Part shown: piece after piece, positions 31,393-40,659 of the stretch
Layout of the letters: each line of letters begins with the position of its first letter
Position numbering within the stretch: position 1 is the stretch's first letter
Virus record (IMG/VR): IMGVR_UViG_2922401287_000007
From: a virus
Length of the DNA stretch: 64,000 bases
Strand: one strand, 5' to 3'
Program-made: the position numbers and the translations under genes
The notes under the pieces: generated by a model
The model's database searches: none
Told to the model about the DNA's origin: nothing
Seen by the model: the letters and a program-made list of their open reading frames with translations, nothing else

Positions 31393-31940
31393 CGGTTGAG
31401 CCCAATCGCTGGCGGCAGCGGCAGAGCTGACAGCGAGCGCAGCACCTGAGATCGCAGCGCCTCGCTGGTCTGCACAATCGCGGTGGCAGTGGCGGCGGCT
31501 GGCGCAAAGGTCTGCGGATCGAGCCCGTACTCCATGAACGTCATGTCGATCACGCAATAGCCGCCGAAGCGCTCCTCTTCGGTCAGGCGATAGCGCGGGC
31601 AGATCACCAGCTGCGAGGCCTGCGTCGGCAGCTGCAGCGTGCCTGGACCTTCGGCCTCCAACTGCCTGACCAGCTGATCGCGCGGCTGGCGGTAGTCGCG
31701 CTGATAGAGCGAGTCGCCGCTGTCGTAGGGAAACACGATGCAGTAGCCGCGCACGTTGAACTCGCGCGCAGCTCGGCCCATGTCCTCGGCATAGGGCAGG
31801 TCCTTTTTCGGGAACTGATGCTGCACGATCCTGCGCCCGCTCTCGCGCCCGTTGGCCTCGCAATGGAAGCGAGCGCCATTGAACGAGGCGGGCATCAGGC
31901 TTTGCCGCCACAGCGCGGGCAGATCGAAAATGTTGCTCAT
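31389..31940 (-). CDS. DNA circularisation N-terminal domain protein (Mu gp43-like)
   Basis: LMPASFNGARF, GRRIVQHQFP and YAEDMGR motifs. Confidence 0.85.
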   Translation of the reverse strand: MSNIFDLPALWRQSLMPASFNGARFHCEANGRESGRRIVQHQFPKKDLPYAEDMGRAAREFNVRGYCIVFPYDSGDSLYQRDYRQPRDQLVRQLEAEGPGTLQLPTQASQLVICPRYRLTEEERFGGYCVIDMTFMEYGLDPQTFAPAAATATAIVQTSEALRSQVLRSLSALPLPPAIGLNR

Positions 31941-34336
31941 ATCGGCGGGCTCTCCATTCCCGGCCCTCGGCGCGCGGGCTCCATCTGCGTCTGGCGATTG
32001 ATCTCGACATTCTTGAACAGGCCGCCGCCTTCAGCGCCGACGCTGGTGCCCTTCGGCGCGTTGACATCGACACTGATCTTGCCGGTGCCTTCGACCTTGG
32101 TGGATGCGGCCTGCGTCTTGTCGATCTGCTGGCGATCCCGAACCGCCAGCGCGGCGCGCTTCGCGGTCAAGCCTTCGTCGGCTTCCTTGTGGCCCGGATT
32201 GACTTCGCCATGTCCGAAGATCGGCGTGTTCGGATATCGCAACGCCATAAACTTCGCATAGGCCTGCGCCTGCTGCGGCGTGACATCCTTGTCGTCCTTG
32301 GCGATGATCTCCATGCCGACGACATTGCGGTTCGAGAGGCCTGCACCCTTGCCCCAGCCGGTTCTCATGTGCGACGCGCCGGGGCTGCCGGTCTGGACGA
32401 TGTTGCCTTCGCGATCCATCACATACTGAACGCCGAGGCCGCGCTGGCGCAGCGTGTTCTGCACGCCCGCAACGCTGCCGCGCCCGCCAGTATGATGGGT
32501 GATGAAGGCTGCAGGATCACCGCCGCCGACTGCGCTCACTCTCGGCGGCAGATCGCCCGCTGGTGTGTCGCCAGCGCCAGCGCCGCTACCTGGGCCAGCG
32601 GTCTGCCCGTTCGGTGCTGGACCTCCCGGCAATCCCTCGCGCGGCCCGACGCCGACGCGTGCTGCACCGTGGTACGGACGCCAGCCGGTCTTCCCCACAT
32701 TCGACAGCGCGTAGTCGATGGTCGCTTTCTCGTTCGCCGGATCGAGCGGATCGAGGCCGGTCTTTTTCTGAAACTCGTTGCCGAGCCCGCCGCCTGTATA
32801 GAGCTGGAATGCACCGCCGGACTTGCCGCGATCACCGAGGAAGGTCCGCAGGCCTTCCGACTTCGCCACGCGAACCGCTGTATCGGGATCGACGCCATAC
32901 TTCTTTGCGGTCTCGCGGATATAGGGCTCCATCCCGCGCGGATCGTCGCCCTTGCCGAGCGAGATCGGTCCCTTGGTGTTCGGCGTGCCGCCACCGCCGC
33001 CGCCATGCGCTGGTGTCGATCCTGCGCCTGCGCCCGAGCCTGCACCGACATCGCTGCCATAGGGCGCGCTCCGGCCGAGGTCGGCATAGCCGCCGCCGCC
33101 GAAGGGGCGGCCCATGCCGCCGCCACCGCGCGGCCCAAAGGGCCCGCCGCCGCCCGGACTGTAGGCTGCAGGGATGATGCCGCCGCCGCCAGCGCCGCCA
33201 CCGAATCCGGTCGGCTGGTAGCCGCCGCCGCGCAGCAGCTCGGTCAGCTGCTTGGTGGCCTCGGTGTTCTTCTCCAGCTCCTGCGGGACGCGATCTTTCC
33301 ATCGATCCTCGAATGACCTTCCGCCACCGCCGCCGCCGATGCCGAACTTGTCGAACTTTTCCTGAATGCTCTCCTTGGCCTTGTCGGGCCGCAGCAGGTG
33401 CTCCTCCTGCACTTGTGTGATCTTCTTGGTGAGGGAATCGAGCGCGCCCTCGGCCAGCTTCAGCGCGGTGATCAGGTACGGGATGAAGGGCTGCTTCATC
33501 GACTCGACCAGATCGTCGTACTTCTTGGTGACCTGTCCCCACTGGTTGGCCAGCGCCACCGCGTTGGCCTGTCGCGCATCGGCGAGTTTCTGCTCCTCGG
33601 CGCTCAGCTTGGTGAGCGCGCCAGCCGCAGCCAGCTGCGCGTTGTAGCCCTGCAGCTGCCAGAAATTGTTGCGGCGGTTGGCGGCTTCCTGCTCGCTGGC
33701 TCCCGCCCTGATGGCGTTGCGATAGACCTGCTCGCCCCCCTCGCGGATGATGTTGAGCTGGGTGGTGATGTCCTTCGCATGCGTCAGGCGGTCGAGATAG
33801 GCCTGCATGTTGGCGACCGACTGCGCATCGGGCCCTGCGTTCTTCAGCAGCTCCAGCCGCAGCTGACTGCCTTGGCGCTGCAGGTCCGCGATCTTCGCCG
33901 ACACCGCGCTCACCGAATTGGCGGCGGTCTCGCCCGAGATGCCGAAGGCCTTCAGCTGCTCGATGACATCCTTGTATTGCGAGGGGCTCACGCCGATCTG
34001 TTTCGCCTGCTGGTTCAGCGTCCTGATCTTCTCGGCATATTCGACCAGCGCCTTGCTCTGCCGCATGATCTCGAAGCCGAACAGCGCGAGCCCCGCGGCG
34101 CCAGCGGCCAGCCCGCCGCGTAGCATGCCGAGCCCCTTGAAGGTCTCGCCGATCTCGTTGCCGAGGCCCTTAATCGTTTGCTGCAGCTCGCCGGTTTCGC
34201 GCTTGAACTTTTCGAGATGCTGCTGACCAGCGCCGCTGCCGAGCAGCTTGACCTCTTCATTGAGTTTCGTCAGCCCAGCCGAAGCGTTGTCGGCCAGCGT
34301 AACTGTTAGGCGCAGCTCTTCCTGTTCAGTGGCCAT
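31937..34336 (-). CDS. Tape measure protein with SLT-like and Amidase_2-like domains
   Basis: Helical N-terminus; AKKYGVDPDTAVRVAKSEG; ITHHTGG...QYVMDREG...GMEI...FGHGEV. Confidence 0.8.
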   Translation of the reverse strand: MATEQEELRLTVTLADNASAGLTKLNEEVKLLGSGAGQQHLEKFKRETGELQQTIKGLGNEIGETFKGLGMLRGGLAAGAAGLALFGFEIMRQSKALVEYAEKIRTLNQQAKQIGVSPSQYKDVIEQLKAFGISGETAANSVSAVSAKIADLQRQGSQLRLELLKNAGPDAQSVANMQAYLDRLTHAKDITTQLNIIREGGEQVYRNAIRAGASEQEAANRRNNFWQLQGYNAQLAAAGALTKLSAEEQKLADARQANAVALANQWGQVTKKYDDLVESMKQPFIPYLITALKLAEGALDSLTKKITQVQEEHLLRPDKAKESIQEKFDKFGIGGGGGGRSFEDRWKDRVPQELEKNTEATKQLTELLRGGGYQPTGFGGGAGGGGIIPAAYSPGGGGPFGPRGGGGMGRPFGGGGYADLGRSAPYGSDVGAGSGAGAGSTPAHGGGGGGTPNTKGPISLGKGDDPRGMEPYIRETAKKYGVDPDTAVRVAKSEGLRTFLGDRGKSGGAFQLYTGGGLGNEFQKKTGLDPLDPANEKATIDYALSNVGKTGWRPYHGAARVGVGPREGLPGGPAPNGQTAGPGSGAGAGDTPAGDLPPRVSAVGGGDPAAFITHHTGGRGSVAGVQNTLRQRGLGVQYVMDREGNIVQTGSPGASHMRTGWGKGAGLSNRNVVGMEIIAKDDKDVTPQQAQAYAKFMALRYPNTPIFGHGEVNPGHKEADEGLTAKRAALAVRDRQQIDKTQAASTKVEGTGKISVDVNAPKGTSVGAEGGGLFKNVEINRQTQMEPARRGPGMESPPI

Positions 34337-34530
34337 CAGTCATCATCATCTGCTGCTGCCTGCTGCGCGCGGTCAATCTGCGCGGTGCGATGCAGGTGCA
34401 ACCAGACATCGCTCAGCGGCATCGACAAAAACACTTCAGGGCTGACGTGATACCAGCGTGCCAGGCGGTAGCAGTCGAGGATGATCTCCTCCTCGCTGCC
34501 TACCAGGCCGCTGGATCGGGAAGAAAAAAA
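34336..34530 (-). CDS. -1 frame extension of the tail chaperone (gpE'/GT-like)
   Basis: T TTT TTT slippery site at 34524-34530; -1 frame open to TGA overlapping the TMP ATG; encodes CYRLARWYHVSPEVFLSMPLSD. Confidence 0.75.
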   Translation of the reverse strand, partial: FFSSRSSGLVGSEEEIILDCYRLARWYHVSPEVFLSMPLSDVWLHLHRTAQIDRAQQAAADDDD

Positions 34531-34934
34531 CGCCGCAGCCGGTAGGCGCAGCTGTTCCAGTCGCGCGGGTCCATCTCCTCGATGAACGGCGGCAGCACTC
34601 CCGACAGCGCTGCGATCATGTAGGACATCTTGCGCTCGTCGATCAGCACATCACCGTCTTGATTGACGCGGATCGGATTGCCATAGCGGTTGATGTCACC
34701 AGCTCGCGGCTCGCGCAGCGAGATTTCCCTGACATCCTCACCGCGATTGTTGCGGATCGGCTTATAGATCAGTTTGACGATGATGGGCCACTCATCCTGC
34801 TCCAGCGGCCCCACTTCATCCGGGGACGGCTCGATCTCGGGCGGCGGCACCGCCCGCTTGGTGCCGCTCGGCGGGATGATCTCGGGCTCGGGCTTGTCGT
34901 CCACGAAGCCCTCATGTCTCGGCTTGACGTTCAC
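34500..34934 (-). CDS. Tail assembly chaperone (Mu gp41-like)
   Basis: ISLREPRAGDI and EEMDPRDW motifs; lies between tube and TMP. Confidence 0.8.
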   Translation of the reverse strand: MNVKPRHEGFVDDKPEPEIIPPSGTKRAVPPPEIEPSPDEVGPLEQDEWPIIVKLIYKPIRNNRGEDVREISLREPRAGDINRYGNPIRVNQDGDVLIDERKMSYMIAALSGVLPPFIEEMDPRDWNSCAYRLRRFFLPDPAAW

Positions 34935-35296
34935 AGGGCCATCTCCTCACACGTCAGGCCTTCCCAGCGCACGCGGACCTGACCATCTCGGGTGTTGTTC
35001 TCGAAGCCGCCCTTGCAGGTCGCGCTGGTGAGCACGTACTGCATGCGGTTGGCAAGCTGCGCGACCACCGTGACATCGGTCTCGGCGAGCAGCGTCTCCA
35101 GCGACAGGCCGGGGACGGTTGACAGATCGCCCTCGATGTACGGCACGCGCGGCAGCTCCTGATAGCCATGCACGCCGTCCTGTCCCGCGATCATGGTGCG
35201 CTCGACGGGCGACGGGCTGACCGTGAAGTTGCCGCGCAGCGCCAGCTGATCGCCATCGACGGTCAGGAAGGCGATGCCCGCGATTCTTTGTGCCAT
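34931..35296 (-). CDS. Tail tube protein
   Basis: RIAGIAFLTVDG and GQDGVHGYQELPRVPYIEG motifs. Confidence 0.88.
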   Translation of the reverse strand: MAQRIAGIAFLTVDGDQLALRGNFTVSPSPVERTMIAGQDGVHGYQELPRVPYIEGDLSTVPGLSLETLLAETDVTVVAQLANRMQYVLTSATCKGGFENNTRDGQVRVRWEGLTCEEMAL

Positions 35297-35328
35297 TGTT
35301 CAGTCTCCTCTGGAGTTGCGGGGTGAGA

Positions 35329-36897
35329 TCAGGAAGCGCCCGACGCGGCGTTGAACGGCGGCGACGGCTGGCCGATGATCTGGCTGTCGATGCCTCGGTC
35401 GTACTGCAGCCTGAACTGCGCCAGCACCGCGAAGATGCGCAGCTGGTTGATCAGGTCAGGCGGATACAGGACGTTGACGCGGTTCGGATCGTTGGGGTCG
35501 CGCTCAACGATCAGGTGCTGCTTGAAGGCCGCGAGGTTCTCGACAAGGCCGACATACATATCCTGCTGATACTCGGAGACCAGCTCGGCCTTGATGATGC
35601 CGGGAGTGACGATGGCCTGACCTGCGCCGAACTTGGTGCCGTCATCAGCCAGCTTGTGGCGCGGGAATTTCGACGTGATGGCGTGCTTCTGATTGCGCAG
35701 CAGCTTCGCCAGTGTCGCGAGCGTCGTCACCAGCTCATAGGCATCATCGGGCTGGCCGTAGAGGTTGGTCTGATACGTGGTCTGCTCTCGCGCGATCATC
35801 GGCTGGTTGTCGGCACCGATCTTTGCGATGGCGAGGCCATTGGATGCCAGCGAGTTCAGCTCAACGAAGTCGAACCGCTCGTGGATCGGCGCGGCCTTGA
35901 TCTGGTTCAGCGTCAGCGCCTGCAGCGGACGCGCCGGATCGTTGATCAGGGCTCGCTGCGCCTTCGCAGCATAGGCCGCCGCCCACTCGAATGAAGGCGA
36001 GGGCGAAGCGACTTCCAGCGCCATCACCGACTCGACGCCGCTGTTGTACTGGTCGCCGAACAGCACGAGATCGGCATAGGTGCCGCGCTTGGCCGAGAAG
36101 ACATGGCCGAACAACTCGCGCTGCCAGCCCCAGCGGCCCTGATCGGTGAAACCATATTCCTGATCCCACGCGAACAGCGAGTTGCTGTCGGTGTACGGCA
36201 TTGCGACATATTCGAACGGCTCTTCGCCGAGGTTGATGATCGCGTTGTCGAAGTCAGGCGCTCCGGTGCCGCCAGTCAGGAATGCGGTCGAAGGCAGATC
36301 GATGCCGAGCCCGATGGGAGTCTGCTCGCCGCCTCGGCTGCCGTAGTAGTTCAGCGAGACGCTGATGTCGTTGGCGTTGACGCTCTTGAACACCGAGGTG
36401 ATGGTGACCGCGCCAGTGACGGATGCAGCAGTGACAGGAAGCGCCACGTCCGCATTGATCGCAGCGGCGATGGCGTCGGCGATCTCGGGGATGGTGTCAG
36501 TGGTCGAGACCTGCACCGGAACATGCTCGCCCGCGATGTACAGATGGATGGTGCCAGCAGCAGTCGGCACGGTGGTGATCGTGACGTCGCCAGTGGCAGC
36601 TGCCGCGCCGACCGGCTCGGCGACCGGCAAGCCCCAGACCTCGTTAGCGAAGTTGTTGGCGAAGAACGCCTTGAACATTCGCGCCAGCTCAGAGCCTTCA
36701 CCGAAAGCCTGATCGGCCTGCGCCTGGCTGCCAATCGGAATCGCGATGTCCTCGGTGGCATTGCCTGCGGCGACTTTCATGCCGACCAGCAGCGCCCGCA
36801 GATTGATGGTCGGCAGGCCTGCCATCGACGGATCGACTTCGACCCAGTAGAGCGGCACCTTGATATTGGCGGGGATGTTGGCAAAGCTAATCGGCAT
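35329..36897 (-). CDS. Tail sheath protein (Mu gpL-like)
   Basis: IKVPLYWVEVDPSMA and DPNRVNVLYPPDLINQLRIFA motifs. Confidence 0.93.
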   Translation of the reverse strand: MPISFANIPANIKVPLYWVEVDPSMAGLPTINLRALLVGMKVAAGNATEDIAIPIGSQAQADQAFGEGSELARMFKAFFANNFANEVWGLPVAEPVGAAAATGDVTITTVPTAAGTIHLYIAGEHVPVQVSTTDTIPEIADAIAAAINADVALPVTAASVTGAVTITSVFKSVNANDISVSLNYYGSRGGEQTPIGLGIDLPSTAFLTGGTGAPDFDNAIINLGEEPFEYVAMPYTDSNSLFAWDQEYGFTDQGRWGWQRELFGHVFSAKRGTYADLVLFGDQYNSGVESVMALEVASPSPSFEWAAAYAAKAQRALINDPARPLQALTLNQIKAAPIHERFDFVELNSLASNGLAIAKIGADNQPMIAREQTTYQTNLYGQPDDAYELVTTLATLAKLLRNQKHAITSKFPRHKLADDGTKFGAGQAIVTPGIIKAELVSEYQQDMYVGLVENLAAFKQHLIVERDPNDPNRVNVLYPPDLINQLRIFAVLAQFRLQYDRGIDSQIIGQPSPPFNAASGAS

Positions 36898-36922
36898 AGC
36901 GTCCTCCTATGATCGCGCCTGG

Positions 36923-37240
36923 TTACGCAGCGTCGTTGCCGCCCTCGGGGCGTGCGCCGTGCTGCGGTCTGCGGCGCTCTTGCGGTTTCGATTGCTCTTG
37001 CTCGGCGGGCTCGTCGCGCGTGATCGAGCCCTCGGCCAGCCTGCGCTTGGTGAAGCGATCATTCGGCCAGACCTTGCCGCCCTCTGCAGGGAAGCCGCCG
37101 CCCTTGGGATGCTTCAGCACCGCGCGGTATTCTTCCTTGGCCGGTGAGACGCGGATGCCGGGAGCGACGGTTTCGGCGATCATCTGCACGCGCTCGTTCT
37201 GGCGCTTTCCGCAAAGCGCGACCTTGCTCATAACCCTCAT
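36923..37240 (-). CDS. DUF2635-like small tail protein
   Basis: WPNDRFTKRRLAEGSI; lies just before the sheath. Confidence 0.6.
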   Translation of the reverse strand: MRVMSKVALCGKRQNERVQMIAETVAPGIRVSPAKEEYRAVLKHPKGGGFPAEGGKVWPNDRFTKRRLAEGSITRDEPAEQEQSKPQERRRPQHGARPEGGNDAA

Positions 37241-37881
37241 TGCTTTGTTTCCCTCTTCATGGCCTTGCGAAGTTGATCGAACTGGTACTGGACGTGAATC
37301 TGCTGGCGCTGATCCATGTCGGCCTGCGAGTCACCGGGCTTGATGCCGGTGACCACATCGATGGTGTTGAGATCGTCGGTGATGATCGGCGGCCAGCCGC
37401 TGCGGAAGAAAATCGAAACGTCATATTGCAGCTCGGCGACCGGCGTTTCGTTATTGAGGCCAGCGGCTCCGAAGACATGGCGGCGCACGCCGCGTGGCAG
37501 GCTCTCGATCATCGTGTTGTCAGGCAGGCTGCTGAGCACCACGTTCATCAGCTTCTGATCCGGCCACAGCCGGTTCATGATCCTCCACCAAGCCGCATCG
37601 ATCTGCGCCTCGGCGGCAACCTGATCGTTATTCGCGACCACCACCGAGAAGCCGATGCGCAGCGTATGGCTGAAGCGGATATGTCCCGCGTTGCCATCAC
37701 CATCCGGCAGCATCTGCTCCTCGATGATGTAGACGCCCAGGTACGGCAGCAGCGCGTGCTGCACGCTCAGCATCTTGGTCTTGCGCGCGGTGTAGCTGGC
37801 GAAGAACGGATCGGTGCTCACCGCATCGAACAGCCCGTCGCGAATCACCAGCGAGTAGGACTGCGTGTCGGTGATGCCCAT
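37237..37881 (-). CDS. Tail terminator / minor tail protein
   Basis: Gene order; LPYLGVYIIEE. Confidence 0.6.
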   Translation of the reverse strand: MGITDTQSYSLVIRDGLFDAVSTDPFFASYTARKTKMLSVQHALLPYLGVYIIEEQMLPDGDGNAGHIRFSHTLRIGFSVVVANNDQVAAEAQIDAAWWRIMNRLWPDQKLMNVVLSSLPDNTMIESLPRGVRRHVFGAAGLNNETPVAELQYDVSIFFRSGWPPIITDDLNTIDVVTGIKPGDSQADMDQRQQIHVQYQFDQLRKAMKRETKQ

Positions 37882-37882
37882 G

Positions 37883-38239
37883 TCACATGATCGTTTCGAA
37901 CTTTCGGATGGTCAGCATGGTCTGGCCGCCGCCATCGCTCGATGCATCGACGATCTGGTATTCGCCGCGCGGCACATCGTTGCAGTCGAGCGGGATCACC
38001 AGATGATCGTCCTGCTGCGGCAGCACATCGAACTCGCTCTCGCGGATATCGAGGATCGTGCGCTGGTCGGAATAGAGTTGCCCATCGAGGCCAGCGACAT
38101 CGAGGCTGTAGGTATTGAGGATGCCGCGCCGCGTGTAGTCAGGCTGCCCCGGCTGCGACTTGATCGGCTTGAACACGACAGGCACCGCCCAGAAGTCGAA
38201 GATCGGCCCCTGCAGCAGCACATCGAGATTCACGGCCAT
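37883..38239 (-). CDS. Head-tail joining protein
   Basis: Gene order; small beta-rich protein. Confidence 0.6.
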   Translation of the reverse strand: MAVNLDVLLQGPIFDFWAVPVVFKPIKSQPGQPDYTRRGILNTYSLDVAGLDGQLYSDQRTILDIRESEFDVLPQQDDHLVIPLDCNDVPRGEYQIVDASSDGGGQTMLTIRKFETIM

Positions 38240-38598
38240 TTGGTTGCCCCAGCGAGCAGCCTTTTCATTCGCTCAACGAGCTGATCGAACAGCGAGGCCC
38301 GCAGGATCGGGCGATTGCTGCGCACCACCGGGCCCGCCTGCTTGGGCCGATGCTGCTGCGGTGCCTGATGCCGCCGCTGCCTGACATCAGTGCGCGAGCG
38401 CGGCCAGATCGAGGTGGCTGCGACAGTCTGGTCGCTGCCTGCATCGACCTGCATATTCGGATACTGGCGCTTCATGTCCTCGCGCTGCCAGTTCTCCAGC
38501 TCCTGCGGCATGCTGGTGTGCAGCTCGGTGATCTGCGCGCTGTACTTGTTCAGCTTGGCCAGCAGCTGATCGACGCCCTCGATCCTGACCTCAAACAT
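38230..38598 (-). CDS. Neck/tail-completion protein
   Basis: MFEVRIEGVDQLLAKL...RPIL. Confidence 0.55.
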   Translation of the reverse strand: MFEVRIEGVDQLLAKLNKYSAQITELHTSMPQELENWQREDMKRQYPNMQVDAGSDQTVAATSIWPRSRTDVRQRRHQAPQQHRPKQAGPVVRSNRPILRASLFDQLVERMKRLLAGATKWP

Positions 38599-39235
38599 AG
38601 AAGCGCATATATTTGTAGAGCAGCGCGTTGACGGTCTCGGCGGCATCGCCGAGCATCCCCATCACGCCGCTGGTCAGGGCCTTGTTGGTATCCATGAACT
38701 GCACGCGCGACTCGCGGTGCGTGATCGATTTGATCCCGGCGACAGCTGCACGGACCCGCTGCATGCGCGCCGCCTGGATCAGCAGCGCGGTCGCCTGCTT
38801 CAGCGCGGGTGGGGCTTCGTCGGGCAGATTGTAGCCGCCGCTATAGGTGACGGTGATCGGCTCCGACCACGCGCCATCGATCCGCATCGTGCCGGATCGG
38901 TTCTCGATCTCATAAGCGGTCGGATCGACCAGCGCACCGCGCGGCGATTCCACGGTCGTCACATCGCCATCGGCGACCGGGTAATGCGTGAGGAAAAGCC
39001 GGGGACAATCGAATGGCATCGAGTCGCCGCGCCATGTCTCGGCGACCTTCTCGAAGCCGAAGACCCGATTGCACATCGTCGCGACCACATCGCTGTAGTG
39101 CTCGATGTCCTGCTGCAGCGCGGCGTCCTCGCTGGTGTCGCTGGGATTGATGTTCAGCATTAGCTTCAGCTCGTCGAGCGTCAGCAGATCGTAGCTCTCG
39201 GCCTCGGTGATCACCTTGACCCAGATGTCGGCCAT
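38591..39235 (-). CDS. Head-tail connector (gp6-like)
   Basis: LLTLDELKLML and VTYSGGY...PPALKQAT motifs. Confidence 0.75.
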   Translation of the reverse strand: MADIWVKVITEAESYDLLTLDELKLMLNINPSDTSEDAALQQDIEHYSDVVATMCNRVFGFEKVAETWRGDSMPFDCPRLFLTHYPVADGDVTTVESPRGALVDPTAYEIENRSGTMRIDGAWSEPITVTYSGGYNLPDEAPPALKQATALLIQAARMQRVRAAVAGIKSITHRESRVQFMDTNKALTSGVMGMLGDAAETVNALLYKYMRFYV

Positions 39236-40659
39236 CAGCTCGCCTCGTCCTGGAATTGCACGAACAGCTCGCGCAACTGCAGCGGTGCGGCCTCGCTGGT
39301 GTCCGACAGGATCGGCGTTGCGGTGTAGGCCTCGCGGTCGATTGTCCAGCCGATGATCGAGGGCGCAGGCAGGCCGCGCTCGCCGCGCGCTCCCGCTTCG
39401 CCACGCGCACCGGGCGGGCCCTGCTTGCCGGGGCGGCCAGCGCTGGCGATCAGCTGCCAGCCTTCGCCGGGGCACGGCCCCGGATCATCGCTGCGTGCGA
39501 TGAAGCTGGAGCCGCCAAGGGCTACGATGTTGAGGAACGAATAGTTCTCTCCCTCGCGGTAGGTGCCGAGAATTTTCGGCATCACTGCATCGCGTCCCTT
39601 GGCGGCGATCAGCTGCCAGTCCTCGTGCGGCGGCGCTTTCGCGGTGTCGCATCGAGCCTGATAGGTCGAGCCCTGATGCAGGACGAGATCGCCATCGTAA
39701 TGGACCGAACCGTCTTCATAGGCTCGCGCCGTCTTCAACTGCCCCGGTGCGCCCTTCTCACCGGGCGGGCCCGCTTCGCCGCGCTCGCCGGTTTCGCCTT
39801 TTTCACCGGGGACACCCTGATCGCCTGCAGGGCCCGACTGGCCTTGCTCGCCCGCTTCGCCTTTTTCGCCGCGCTCGCCGGTTTCGCCCTTTTCACCGGG
39901 GACACCCTGATCGCCTGCAGGGCCCGACTGGCCTTGCTCGCCCGCTTCGCCTTTTTCGCCGCGCTCGCCGGTTTCGCCCTTTTCACCGGGGACACCCTGA
40001 TCGCCTGCAGGGCCCGACTGGCCTTGCTCGCCCGCTTCGCCTTTTTCGCCGCGCTCGCCGGTTTCGCCCTTTTCACCGGGGACACCCTGATCGCCTGCAG
40101 GGCCCGGCTGGCCTTGCTCGCCCGCTTCGCCTTTTTCGCCGCGCTCGCCGGTTTCGCCCTTTTCACCGGGGACACCCTGATCGCTTGCAGGGCCCGGCTG
40201 GCCTTGCTCGCCCGCTTCGCCTTTTTCGCCTTGCTTGCCATCTTGGCCTCGCTCTCCGTTGTCGCCCCGCTCCCCTTGCGGGCCCTGCTCGCCGCGCTCT
40301 CCGCGCTCGCCACGCTCGCCCTGAAGGCCCTGCAGGCCCTGCAGGCCCGGATCACCATCGCGGCCATCTGCGCCGTCCTTCAGCTCGGCCAGCCGGTCGC
40401 TGACCTGCTGCTGCAGGGCGGTGAGCTGCTCGCGCGCATAGGTCATCACCAGCTGGCGCAGCTCGATCACTTCGCCGCGCAGCTTCAGGATCGCGGCCTC
40501 GCTCTGCGCCTCGATCAGCTGGCGCTCGCGCTGCCATTGCTCGCGCTGCTTGTCGAGCACATCGGCCAGTGCCTCGCGCCACGCCTCAAGAAGAAAGTCG
40601 GCGGCGTCCGATCCGGTCGGCACTGGCAATGAGGCTTCGGACTTCCCGTTGGATTGCAT
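39235..40659 (-). CDS. Collagen-like protein with coiled-coil N-terminus and aromatic C-terminal modules
   Basis: Long G-X-Y tract; likely ATG at 40659. Confidence 0.8.
   Translation of the reverse strand: MQSNGKSEASLPVPTGSDAADFLLEAWREALADVLDKQREQWQRERQLIEAQSEAAILKLRGEVIELRQLVMTYAREQLTALQQQVSDRLAELKDGADGRDGDPGLQGLQGLQGERGERGERGEQGPQGERGDNGERGQDGKQGEKGEAGEQGQPGPASDQGVPGEKGETGERGEKGEAGEQGQPGPAGDQGVPGEKGETGERGEKGEAGEQGQSGPAGDQGVPGEKGETGERGEKGEAGEQGQSGPAGDQGVPGEKGETGERGEKGEAGEQGQSGPAGDQGVPGEKGETGERGEAGPPGEKGAPGQLKTARAYEDGSVHYDGDLVLHQGSTYQARCDTAKAPPHEDWQLIAAKGRDAVMPKILGTYREGENYSFLNIVALGGSSFIARSDDPGPCPGEGWQLIASAGRPGKQGPPGARGEAGARGERGLPAPSIIGWTIDREAYTATPILSDTSEAAPLQLRELFVQFQDEAS
39773..40230 (-). 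repeat. Five near-identical 90-bp tandem repeats
   Basis: GCCTTGCTCG recurs at 39841, 39931, 40021, 40111 and 40201. Confidence 0.95.

Noticed and set aside
39773-40230. 90-bp repeats as a CRISPR array
   Set aside because: No unique spacers or cas genes; the repeats encode in-frame collagen triplets
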